Positions 30,293 to 39,150 of a stretch of DNA of 64,000 nucleotides are shown here, piece after piece. Location: the NCBI GenBank assembly GCA_047947115.1, contig CP170459.1, positions 1,152,001-1,216,000 on the forward strand, read 5' to 3'. The first letter of the stretch is position 1. The number at the start of each line of letters is the position of its first letter. The notes under the pieces are model-generated. The model made no database searches, was not told the origin of the DNA, and was given only the letters and a program-made list of their open reading frames with translations. Source of the DNA: Verrucomicrobiota bacterium (GTDB lineage Bacteria; Verrucomicrobiota; Verrucomicrobiia; Limisphaerales; AAA164-E04). The position numbers and the translations under genes were made by a program.

Positions 30293-32212
30293 ATGGAACG
30301 CAATACACAGAAAAACGGAATGGTCAACATGCTCGGGCTCATGGTGGCCTGTGTCGTGGCGGCTGTTATCGGCAAGATCGCACAATCTGCGACGTCGGCT
30401 GTAGGCGCTGTTTTCCTGGGCACGGGATTCCTGGTGGCAGCCATCAGTTATTTCCAAATGCGCTTGGAAAACCGCGAACACCTGGAGAAGTTGGAATTCG
30501 AAGAGATTGCCAAGGACCGCAACAGGTCGGCGCTCTTTGAGGAATCCGGCGATGATACCTTCCTTGCCCGAAAGGCCAGGGAGCAATTTGAACGCTTCTT
30601 TGTGCCGACCTTTACCGCTCTGCTCGGTGTCGGTCAGGCGGTGGCCGCGTACATGCTTTGGAATTGGTTGCCGAACGCTTTGCAGCCTGATCTGGGGAAA
30701 GCTCCGATCGTCATGGTGTCCTTCGCCGCGCTCGCCCTCATCCTTTTCATGGTGGGTAAATACAGCGCAGGAGTCGCACGCATGGAAAAACTGCGTTTGT
30801 TGCGTCCGGGTGGTGCTTATCTACTGCTCGGATCGGTGATCTGTGTGGTGGTTGTGATTTCATTTGCTGGAGGGTGGTTCGAGTTCACGAAGTTGGACAA
30901 GTTGCTGGCCCAGATCATGGTTGTTTTGCTTGGACTATCCACACTGGAAACCTTCATCAACCTGATCCTCGAAATCTACCGTCCCCGTACTAAGGCCAAA
31001 GCCGAGCGCACACTTTACGAAAGCCGTTTGGTTGGTTTGTTGGGACAACCTGCCGGACTGGTGACCACTGCAGCACAAGCGCTTGACTATCAGTTTGGTT
31101 TTAAAGTTTCCGATACCTGGTTCTACAAGTTCCTCGAAAAAGCGTTGGCCTGGTTGGTGCTCTTTCAGTTGGGAATGTTGATGTTGTCGACCACGTTTGT
31201 GATCATTGACCCCAACGAACTGGGCCTCCTCGAACGCTTCGGCAAACCACGCACCAGTGGCGCCGTGTTGGAGCCCGGCTTACACTTCAAGCTCCCCTGG
31301 CCGATGGACAAGGTCTACCGCCATCCTGCCAAGGAACTTCGCAGTTTTAATGTTGGCTATGAAGAGTATGCGACTCCTGAAGGGGAAGATGATCATGGCG
31401 ATGGAGGACATTCCAACGATCAACAGCGAACCTTGCTCTGGACTGCCAGTCATTATGATGAAGAATTGAACTTCCTGGTCGCCAGCAGCGAGCAGCTCAG
31501 TTCTGATGACCAAAGCGGAGACAGCCAGGCGGTTCCGGTTAATTTCCTGTCCGCAGCTGTTCCGGTTCAGTATGTGGTGAAAGATTTTGAGGCTTGGTAT
31601 TACAACCATACCAATCCCGCTGAATTGCTCAAATCCATCGGCTATCGCGAAGTGGTGCGTTATTTCGTGAACGTGGACCTGATTGAAATCATGTCGACGG
31701 GACGTCTCTCGGCGGCGGATGCACTGAAGAAGAATATCCAGGATCGGGCCGACAACCTTGGTTTGGGGGTCGAAATCATCTTTGTTGGTTTGCAGGACAT
31801 TCATCCTCCGGTGGGTGACAAGATGACCCCGGTGGCGGCTTCTTTTGAAGATGTCATTGGTGCCGAACAGGAGATGGAAGCCAAGATCCTGGCTGCTGAA
31901 GGTTATGCGGCGGAAATCGTTCCGAAAAGCCGGGGTGAAGCCGCTGAATTGGTTGCCGCAGCTCAGGGCGCCAACTACGAGCGCATTCTGACCAGTGAAG
32001 CCCGTGCGAAGCAATTCAAGGATATGATGATTGCTTATGACTCCGCGCCGGATGTCTTCAAGCAGCGCAAGTATTACGATACCATCGCGAATTCGCTCAC
32101 CAATGTACGTAAATACATCATAGGCCCTGAGCAGGTGGACGAAACTTTCATGCTCAATTTAGAAGACAACATTCGTTATGACCTGCTCGATGCACGTCCC
32201 GAAGAACGCTAA
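30293..32212 (+). CDS. HflK-like SPFH protein with large N-terminal polytopic membrane domain
   Basis: About 7 TM helices, then ERFGKP..LEPGLHFKLPWPMD, LQDIHPP, ASFEDVIGAEQE, AEGYA. Confidence 0.85.
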   Translation: MERNTQKNGMVNMLGLMVACVVAAVIGKIAQSATSAVGAVFLGTGFLVAAISYFQMRLENREHLEKLEFEEIAKDRNRSALFEESGDDTFLARKAREQFERFFVPTFTALLGVGQAVAAYMLWNWLPNALQPDLGKAPIVMVSFAALALILFMVGKYSAGVARMEKLRLLRPGGAYLLLGSVICVVVVISFAGGWFEFTKLDKLLAQIMVVLLGLSTLETFINLILEIYRPRTKAKAERTLYESRLVGLLGQPAGLVTTAAQALDYQFGFKVSDTWFYKFLEKALAWLVLFQLGMLMLSTTFVIIDPNELGLLERFGKPRTSGAVLEPGLHFKLPWPMDKVYRHPAKELRSFNVGYEEYATPEGEDDHGDGGHSNDQQRTLLWTASHYDEELNFLVASSEQLSSDDQSGDSQAVPVNFLSAAVPVQYVVKDFEAWYYNHTNPAELLKSIGYREVVRYFVNVDLIEIMSTGRLSAADALKKNIQDRADNLGLGVEIIFVGLQDIHPPVGDKMTPVAASFEDVIGAEQEMEAKILAAEGYAAEIVPKSRGEAAELVAAAQGANYERILTSEARAKQFKDMMIAYDSAPDVFKQRKYYDTIANSLTNVRKYIIGPEQVDETFMLNLEDNIRYDLLDARPEER

Positions 32213-32263
32213 AACCATTTGATTTAAACCCGAAAGACCCAATTTTTAATTCGTATCCGACTT

Positions 32264-33187
32264 ATGAACAAACATCCGATATCGTTAGTCACCGGCGGCA
32301 TTCTACTGCTGATCTTCGCCTCGATCCTTTTCTGTTTCCAGGTGCGTCAGTCCGAAGTAGCCGTGGTCACCACGTTTGGAAAATACTCGCGCACCATCAC
32401 CGAACCCGGACTCCGGTTCAAGATGCCGTGGCCTATTCAGAAGGTGTATCGTTTCGACAACCGCCTTCAGAACTTCGAACGCAAGTTCGAGCAGACCACC
32501 ACGGGTGATGCCAAGCCATTGATCATTGAAGTCTACATCGGCTGGAAGATCAGTGATCCCGCCATCTTCCTGGAACGCTTTAATGGAGACGTTTCCAAGG
32601 CCGAACAAAACCTGGAAAGCCTGGTGCGCGACGCCAAGAACAGCGTCATCGGTCAGCATCCATTCCGCGACCTCATTTCTCCCCGCGAAGAGGATTTGAA
32701 ATTTGACGACATCGAACAGGAAATCGCCGAAGCCATCCGCGCCGAAGCCAAGGACGGTTACGGTATTGAAGTGGCTTTCGCAGGCATCAAGCAGATCGGA
32801 TTGCCGGAAAGCAACACCAAGAAGGTGTTCGAGCGTATGCGCGCCGATCGTCAGCGTCTGGTCAGCCAGTATCAGGGCGAGGGCGACAGCAAAGCCCGCA
32901 TGATCCGCTCCCAGGCCGAAGCCGAACGCGAGCGTATCCTCAACGAAGCACGCGCCAAGGCCATCGAAATCGAAGGTCAGGCCGAAGCGAATGCCAGCGA
33001 ATACTACAAGGTCTTCCAACAAAATCCCGAACTCGCCAAGCTGATTCTTGGCCTGGATGCTCTCGAGGCTGCCACCAAGGAAAAGACCACCATGGTGATC
33101 GATCCAACCACCCCTCCGTTCAACTTGTTGTCCGAAGGTTCTAAGGGCAATGGAGACAAGAAAACGGCTGAAGACCTCAAGTTCTGA
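32264..33187 (+). CDS. hflC: HflC-like SPFH protein
   Basis: Single TM; TTFGK..EPGLRFKMPWPIQKV.RFDNRL; KVFERMRADR; AIEIEGQAEA. Confidence 0.85.
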   Translation: MNKHPISLVTGGILLLIFASILFCFQVRQSEVAVVTTFGKYSRTITEPGLRFKMPWPIQKVYRFDNRLQNFERKFEQTTTGDAKPLIIEVYIGWKISDPAIFLERFNGDVSKAEQNLESLVRDAKNSVIGQHPFRDLISPREEDLKFDDIEQEIAEAIRAEAKDGYGIEVAFAGIKQIGLPESNTKKVFERMRADRQRLVSQYQGEGDSKARMIRSQAEAERERILNEARAKAIEIEGQAEANASEYYKVFQQNPELAKLILGLDALEAATKEKTTMVIDPTTPPFNLLSEGSKGNGDKKTAEDLKF

Positions 33188-33250
33188 GGAACCAACGGTG
33201 GTTCATAACACTCCGATTGGAAGAATTGATTTAATGAAGGTGAATGCGTC

Positions 33251-34393
33251 ATGAGTGACCCTAAAAAACCTGATCTGCCGGATTTGCCGGAGAAGATAGA
33301 TGTCAACGTTGGCAAAGAACCTGAGGAGGCGCCCATTGTGCGTCCCATGGAAGATTCCGGTACACGCGCCCTGGCCGATGCTTTGTCCAGCAGTTTCAAG
33401 ATCATCAAGGTACTGATGATCGGACTGGTGGTGATCTTCCTTGGCTCCGGAATCTTTACCGTGGAACCCAACGAAGTTGCAGTTGTGCTAAGATTTGGCA
33501 AGCCACTTGGTACCGGACCGGATCAAGTGCTCCAGCAGGGACTGCACTGGTCGTTTCCATCTCCGATTGATGAGATCGTCAAGATTCCCATCGGTGAAAC
33601 GCGTTCGATCATTGCGACCAATTCATGGTACGCTGTGACACCGGAACAGGAGATTTCAGGTCAATTGCCCTACGCCATGCCTTCATTGCGACCGGGTGTG
33701 GATGGCTATGCATTGACGGCGGATGGAAACATTGTTCACGTCCGGGCCACTGCTCAATACCTGATCAATGATCCGGTTGCCTATGAGTTTAATTTCCGTC
33801 AGACAACCGATTTGTTGAAGAATGCATTAAACAACGCCATTCTTTATGCCTCGGCTCAGTTTGATGCTGACGATGTGCTCTACAAAAATCGACTCGGTCA
33901 CAAGGAGAAGGTCAGGTCAAGGTTCCTGCAAATCATTCAAAACGCCAAGTTGGGCATTGAACTGCAATCCTTGGATGTGGTGACTTACCCGCCGCTGTTC
34001 GTCAAAGAAGCATTTGATACCGTGACCCAGACCGAACAGGACGTCAGCAAGATGCGCAACGAAGCTGAAGGGGAAGCCGCCGAAATCCTGCGCCGAGCCG
34101 AAGGCGAAGCCCAGGCGATCATCAACGATGGTCTGACCCGAAGCAACCGCATCACCAGCATGGTCACGGCCGATGCCAAAACATTTACGGACCTGCTGCC
34201 TCATTACGAAGCCGATCCTGAGTTTTTCCGCCAGCGCGCCATTATTGAGCGTATGGGTAAAATCCTGGAAAATTCGAATGACACCTGGATGTTGCCAAGA
34301 GCCAAGGACGGCCAAAACCAGGAACTGCGTTTGCAGTTGAATCGCGAACCCACCCTGACGGGAGGCAAGGACGAGGGAAGTGAAGAGAATTAA
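33251..34393 (+). CDS. hflK: HflK-like SPFH protein
   Basis: SGIFTVEPNEVAVVLRFGK, GLHWSFPSPIDE, LTADGNIV, PPLFVKEAFDTV, EAEGEA. Confidence 0.85.
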   Translation: MSDPKKPDLPDLPEKIDVNVGKEPEEAPIVRPMEDSGTRALADALSSSFKIIKVLMIGLVVIFLGSGIFTVEPNEVAVVLRFGKPLGTGPDQVLQQGLHWSFPSPIDEIVKIPIGETRSIIATNSWYAVTPEQEISGQLPYAMPSLRPGVDGYALTADGNIVHVRATAQYLINDPVAYEFNFRQTTDLLKNALNNAILYASAQFDADDVLYKNRLGHKEKVRSRFLQIIQNAKLGIELQSLDVVTYPPLFVKEAFDTVTQTEQDVSKMRNEAEGEAAEILRRAEGEAQAIINDGLTRSNRITSMVTADAKTFTDLLPHYEADPEFFRQRAIIERMGKILENSNDTWMLPRAKDGQNQELRLQLNREPTLTGGKDEGSEEN

Positions 34394-34460
34394 TTATAAG
34401 AAGTGAGTTCTGTTACTGAGAACAAGCGCCTAAACAAAACGTCTTAATCCATCTGAAGTC

Positions 34461-36485
34461 ATGCAAATCACCTCACTTTTAAGCCAGAAATCCGATGACC
34501 ACCATCATCATCACCACCATGATGATCACGATCATTGCGATGGTTGCGGCCACGACCACGAACATACCGAGATCCGGCTCAATCAAATCCTGATCGGTCT
34601 TCTGTTCATCATCAACTCCTTCATTATCCACTATTTCTTCGAGAACGGAAAAGTGGTGGGAGATGTCAACGCCATGATCGGTGCCGTCCTCCTGGGATAT
34701 CCGATTGTCTGGACCGCCATCAAAGACCTGCGCAAAGGACGCCTGAGCACCAATGAACTGGTTGCTTTAGCTGTGCTGGCCTCATTTGCTTCCGGAGAGT
34801 ATCAGGAATCGGGTCTGGTTGCCTTCTTCATGTTGCTGGGTGAAATCATCGAAACCCGCACCGCCGAAGGCGCACGCGCTTCCATCGAATCACTCGTCAA
34901 ACTGACACCCACCAAGGCGCGTCGTATCAAAGGCAACAAAGAAGAAGAAGTCGAAGTCAAAGATTTGAAAGTGGGGGATGTCATCCGTATTCGTCCCGGT
35001 GACAACATCGCTGCCGACGGTGTGATCACCAGCGGTCAGGGTTCCATCAACCAGGCCAACATCACCGGTGAATCCTTGCCCGTTGACAAAAAAGACGGGG
35101 ACGAAGTCTTTGCCGGTACACAGAACCTGACCGGTGTGCTTGAGGTCAAAGTCAGTCGTGCCGACGCTGACACCACACTCGGTCGCGTGCACGATCTGAT
35201 CCTTGCTGCGGAAAAGACCAAGTTGCCGATCATGCGCATTGTGGATCAATACATGGGATTTTACACTCCGCTGGTTCTTTTGGTAGGCGCTTTGGTCTGG
35301 GCATTCACCCAGGATTTGAGCCGTGTGATTACCGTATTCATCATTGCCTGTCCCTGTGCGTTCATTCTGGCCACACCGACCGCGATGGTGGCTGCGCTTT
35401 CTTCGGCGGCTCGCTTGGGGATCTTGATCAAGAACGTCGCGGACATTGAACTATCCGCCAAAATCAACGCTTTCATCTTCGATAAAACCGGAACCTTGAC
35501 GACCGGTAAACTGGCCGTCAGTCGACTTGCGCCACAGGACGGAGTCAAACCCGCCGAATTGTTGCACCTGGCTGCATCCGCTGAAAAATACAGCAACCAT
35601 CCGACTGCCAAAGCCTTGGCAAATCTTGCCAAAGAAGCAGGTTTGGAATTGTCCGAACCGGGTGATTTCAAGGAAACAGCCGGTAAGGGGATCACCGCCA
35701 ACGTGGATGGGGAAGCAATCATTGTAGGACGCGCCAATTGGTTGAAAGACAACGGGCTCACTGATGATTTTGCCAGCAGCGTGGATTTGAGCGAAGCGGA
35801 AGGTTACAGTCTTCTTTATGTGGCTCGCGGTGGGAAGTTCATCGGATGGGTGGGGCTTCAGGATCAAACCCGTACCGAAGCCAAAGAATCCCTCGCCGAA
35901 CTGGTCGACTCCGATATCCGTCGCATTGCGATGGTGTCCGGTGACCGTCAACCCGTTGCCGCTCGTGTAGCGCGTGAGATTGGTTGTGAAGAGGTTGTGG
36001 CCGAATGCCTGCCACAGGACAAAGTGAAATACGTCCACAAGATGAAGGCCAAAGGTTACCGCGTGGCCGTGGTGGGTGACGGTGTGAACGATGCCCCTGC
36101 GCTGGCTGCCGGTGATCTGGGCATTGCGATGGGCGCTGCCGGAAGTGAAGTGGCGATACATAGCGCGACCATTGCACTGATGAACAATGACCTTCGTCGT
36201 CTGCCGTTTCTGGTCAAACTTTCCCGCCAGACCCGGTCGGTCATCAATCAGAACTTTTTATTCGGCGTGGTTTTTGTGATCGGTGGTTTTGTCCTGGCAT
36301 CCATGGCCTACATCAACCCGATCCTAGCGGCCGTGTTGCACGTGGTCGGGTCGTTGTTGGTTGTGTTCAACAGTTTCAGACTAGTGCGGTCCGGAGAAGA
36401 ATTGGAACCATTCCAGCATTCCGAAGAGGAATCTTCCGAAAGCACGGAAACTACCGCGCCCAAACCGGCTACGCAGCCCGCTTAA
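34461..36485 (+). CDS. P1B-type (heavy-metal) P-type ATPase with His-rich N-terminus
   Basis: TGES, CPC, DKTGT, HP, GDGVNDAP; N-terminal HHHHHHHDDHDHCDGCGHDHEH. Confidence 0.95.
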   Translation: MQITSLLSQKSDDHHHHHHHDDHDHCDGCGHDHEHTEIRLNQILIGLLFIINSFIIHYFFENGKVVGDVNAMIGAVLLGYPIVWTAIKDLRKGRLSTNELVALAVLASFASGEYQESGLVAFFMLLGEIIETRTAEGARASIESLVKLTPTKARRIKGNKEEEVEVKDLKVGDVIRIRPGDNIAADGVITSGQGSINQANITGESLPVDKKDGDEVFAGTQNLTGVLEVKVSRADADTTLGRVHDLILAAEKTKLPIMRIVDQYMGFYTPLVLLVGALVWAFTQDLSRVITVFIIACPCAFILATPTAMVAALSSAARLGILIKNVADIELSAKINAFIFDKTGTLTTGKLAVSRLAPQDGVKPAELLHLAASAEKYSNHPTAKALANLAKEAGLELSEPGDFKETAGKGITANVDGEAIIVGRANWLKDNGLTDDFASSVDLSEAEGYSLLYVARGGKFIGWVGLQDQTRTEAKESLAELVDSDIRRIAMVSGDRQPVAARVAREIGCEEVVAECLPQDKVKYVHKMKAKGYRVAVVGDGVNDAPALAAGDLGIAMGAAGSEVAIHSATIALMNNDLRRLPFLVKLSRQTRSVINQNFLFGVVFVIGGFVLASMAYINPILAAVLHVVGSLLVVFNSFRLVRSGEELEPFQHSEEESSESTETTAPKPATQPA

Positions 36486-36513
36486 CAGCCAAGACGTCCA
36501 TCAAAGGAACCTT

Positions 36514-37761
36514 ATGGTAACCGAAAACACAGAAGCATTGATTGGTTCAAAAGGAACATCTGATAAAGCAGGAGATGTTGTCGTCTCAGTGCGAGGCCTG
36601 ACAAAGGTGTTCAAGGATTTCTGGGGACGCCCCAAGGCCAAAGCGGTCAACAACGTTGATTTTGAAGTGCGCCGGGGCGAAGTGTTCGGTCTGCTCGGAC
36701 CCAATGGTTCCGGCAAATCCACCACCATCAAAATGCTCCTGGGTCTTCTCTATCCCACCAAAGGGCATATCGAGGTGTTCGGACATTCTCCGCGTCACGT
36801 TGCTACAAAGTCACGTATCGGTTACCTCCCTGAAGAATCCTATCTGTATCGTTATCTTGATTCCAAGGAGACGCTCGATTTCTTCGGAAATCTGTTCAAC
36901 CTGAATTCGGTCGAACGTCGCAAACGCGCCGAGCAGTTGATCGAAATGGTTGGTCTGAACAACGCCCGCAGCCGACAGGTGGGAGAGTTTTCCAAGGGGA
37001 TGCAACGCCGTATCGGTCTTGCACAGGCTTTGATCAATGATCCCGATCTGGTGATTCTCGATGAACCCACTGCGGGACTTGATCCGATCGGTTGTCGCGA
37101 GATCAAGGACCTGATTGTAGCCCTGGCCAAGCGCGGAAAAACAGTTATTCTCAGTAGTCACTTGTTGTCTGATGTTGAAGATGTCTGTGACAGGGTGGTG
37201 ATTTACTATGGCGGAAAAATCCAGGCCAAAGGAACCTTGCAGGAACTGCTCACCGAACCGGATGTCACACGGATCACATCACCTGTTTTGAAACGGGAAA
37301 CGATGGACAAGATTTTGGACATCATCCGTTCAGAGATCAAATCCGACGATGTATCGATTGATAACCCGACGCAGAATCTGGAGAGTTACTTCCTGGGTGT
37401 GGTGAAAAATGCCATTGCACAGGAAACCACCACCTCTGGTGCAGTGGCTGGCAAGGTGGCCGAATATCTTCAAGGTTCGGCGGAGGAACAATCTGTTTCC
37501 CGCAACAAGATGTTGGATCGCCTGACCGTCGCCGAAGCCAAACAAGCGGCCCCTGCTCCGGCAGAAACGCCCGCTGAAAATGTGGATCACGCCAAGCTCG
37601 ATCAACTCGCTTCAAGCCAACCTGTTTCCAGTGCGGAACCGAAGGTTGAAAAGGCAGCGGCCAGGAAGGCTGATCTGGATGCGGCGAACGACAAGCTTTC
37701 CTCTCTGCTGGACGCAAGCTCCGACAAAGGGGCCAACGAATCTTCGGATAAAAAGGATTAA
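36514..37761 (+). CDS. ABC transporter ATP-binding protein with C-terminal extension
   Basis: GPNGSGKST, FSKGMQRR, ILDEPTAGLD, SSH. Confidence 0.95.
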   Translation: MVTENTEALIGSKGTSDKAGDVVVSVRGLTKVFKDFWGRPKAKAVNNVDFEVRRGEVFGLLGPNGSGKSTTIKMLLGLLYPTKGHIEVFGHSPRHVATKSRIGYLPEESYLYRYLDSKETLDFFGNLFNLNSVERRKRAEQLIEMVGLNNARSRQVGEFSKGMQRRIGLAQALINDPDLVILDEPTAGLDPIGCREIKDLIVALAKRGKTVILSSHLLSDVEDVCDRVVIYYGGKIQAKGTLQELLTEPDVTRITSPVLKRETMDKILDIIRSEIKSDDVSIDNPTQNLESYFLGVVKNAIAQETTTSGAVAGKVAEYLQGSAEEQSVSRNKMLDRLTVAEAKQAAPAPAETPAENVDHAKLDQLASSQPVSSAEPKVEKAAARKADLDAANDKLSSLLDASSDKGANESSDKKD

Positions 37762-37770
37762 AGAACGAAT

Positions 37771-39150
37771 ATGCAGGGATTGCTTGCCATCATAGGGTTG
37801 ACCATCAAGGCCGCCATCCGTTACCGGGTGGTGATCGTCCTGACAGGTTTGCTGCTGGCCTCGGTCGTGGTGTTGCCTCTGATGATCAAGCACGATGGTT
37901 CGGCCCAGGGTTTCACTCAGATTCTGCTGACCTATACCTTGAGCTCCATCACTTTCCTGCTTGGATTCGCCACTCTCTGGATTGCTTGTGGAAGCCTGGC
38001 ACGTGAGGTGCAGGAATGCCAGATGCAGATGCTGGCAGTGAAACCCATTCCCCGTTGGAAAATCTGGTTGGGAAAATGGTTGGGTATTGTGTTGATCAAT
38101 GCCGTTTTATTGGCCGTTTCATCGGGTGCCGTATATGGCATCACCATGTGGCGAGCCAGCCAGTTGACTGAAGATCAGCGCGCGGTCCTGGATGGAGAAA
38201 TTTTTGTGGCAAGAGGTTCGGCCAAACCGAACTACCCCGACATCGATCCTTACGTCGATGAATACATGGCCAAGCGCCTGGAGGAAAATCCCAACTTGGC
38301 CGACATGGATCCAACCTATGTGCGACAGCAAATGGTGGAACAGGTTAAAGTAGCCCATCAGATGGTCCGTCCCGGATATGTGCGTCGTTGGGTGATTCCC
38401 GTGGGATCACCTGAGTCGGTCAAAGATCAGGCCATGTATCTTCGTATCAAATTTTTCACCAGCCAACCTTACGACACCTCCACATACGATGTCCTTTGGG
38501 AAATCGGTCCACCTGAAACACCGCAGCGAGTGCTGCGTCAAATGGACATCTCTCCTGAAGCGCCTATAGAATTCGAAATCCCGCCCAATCTCGTGGATGC
38601 CAACGGGGTGCTGGTCGTTGATGTGACGAATGGCAGTCAGATTCCTTTGTTCTTCCCCATGGAGGACGGTATGGAGGCGCTTTACATGAAGGGTGGTTTT
38701 GGATGGAACTACATCCGGGGCATGGCAGTGGTTCTGTGCTGGATGAGTTTCCTGGCGGCAGTCGGATTGGCAGCGTCCAGTTTCCTGTCTTTCCCGGTGG
38801 CTTCATTTGTGTCAATTGCCTTGTTGATCGTTGGATTTTCCAGCGGCACCTTGAGCCAGGTGATCGAACAGGGTGGCATTGGTGGTATCAATCATGAAAC
38901 CGGAATGAAGGATGCACCATCCGCTTGGGATCATGTGGCCTTGCCCATCGCCAAGAGTGCGCTCAGCGTCATCAATCTGGTGAAGAATTTCTCACCGGTC
39001 AGCTTTCTCAGCACAGGACGGGATATTTCCATCGGCATATTGGCGACAGCCTTTGCCCAGATTGTTCTGGTGATGGGCGGCATATTTGCGGCCTTTGGCA
39101 TGTGGGCCTTTACCAGGAGTGAACTCGCAACCGCACAAGGAAACCAATGA
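37771..39150 (+). CDS. ABC-2-type permease with large extracytoplasmic loop
   Basis: REVQECQMQMLAVKPIPRWKIWLGKWLG; soluble insert of about 180 aa; C-terminal FTRSELA. Confidence 0.85.
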   Translation: MQGLLAIIGLTIKAAIRYRVVIVLTGLLLASVVVLPLMIKHDGSAQGFTQILLTYTLSSITFLLGFATLWIACGSLAREVQECQMQMLAVKPIPRWKIWLGKWLGIVLINAVLLAVSSGAVYGITMWRASQLTEDQRAVLDGEIFVARGSAKPNYPDIDPYVDEYMAKRLEENPNLADMDPTYVRQQMVEQVKVAHQMVRPGYVRRWVIPVGSPESVKDQAMYLRIKFFTSQPYDTSTYDVLWEIGPPETPQRVLRQMDISPEAPIEFEIPPNLVDANGVLVVDVTNGSQIPLFFPMEDGMEALYMKGGFGWNYIRGMAVVLCWMSFLAAVGLAASSFLSFPVASFVSIALLIVGFSSGTLSQVIEQGGIGGINHETGMKDAPSAWDHVALPIAKSALSVINLVKNFSPVSFLSTGRDISIGILATAFAQIVLVMGGIFAAFGMWAFTRSELATAQGNQ

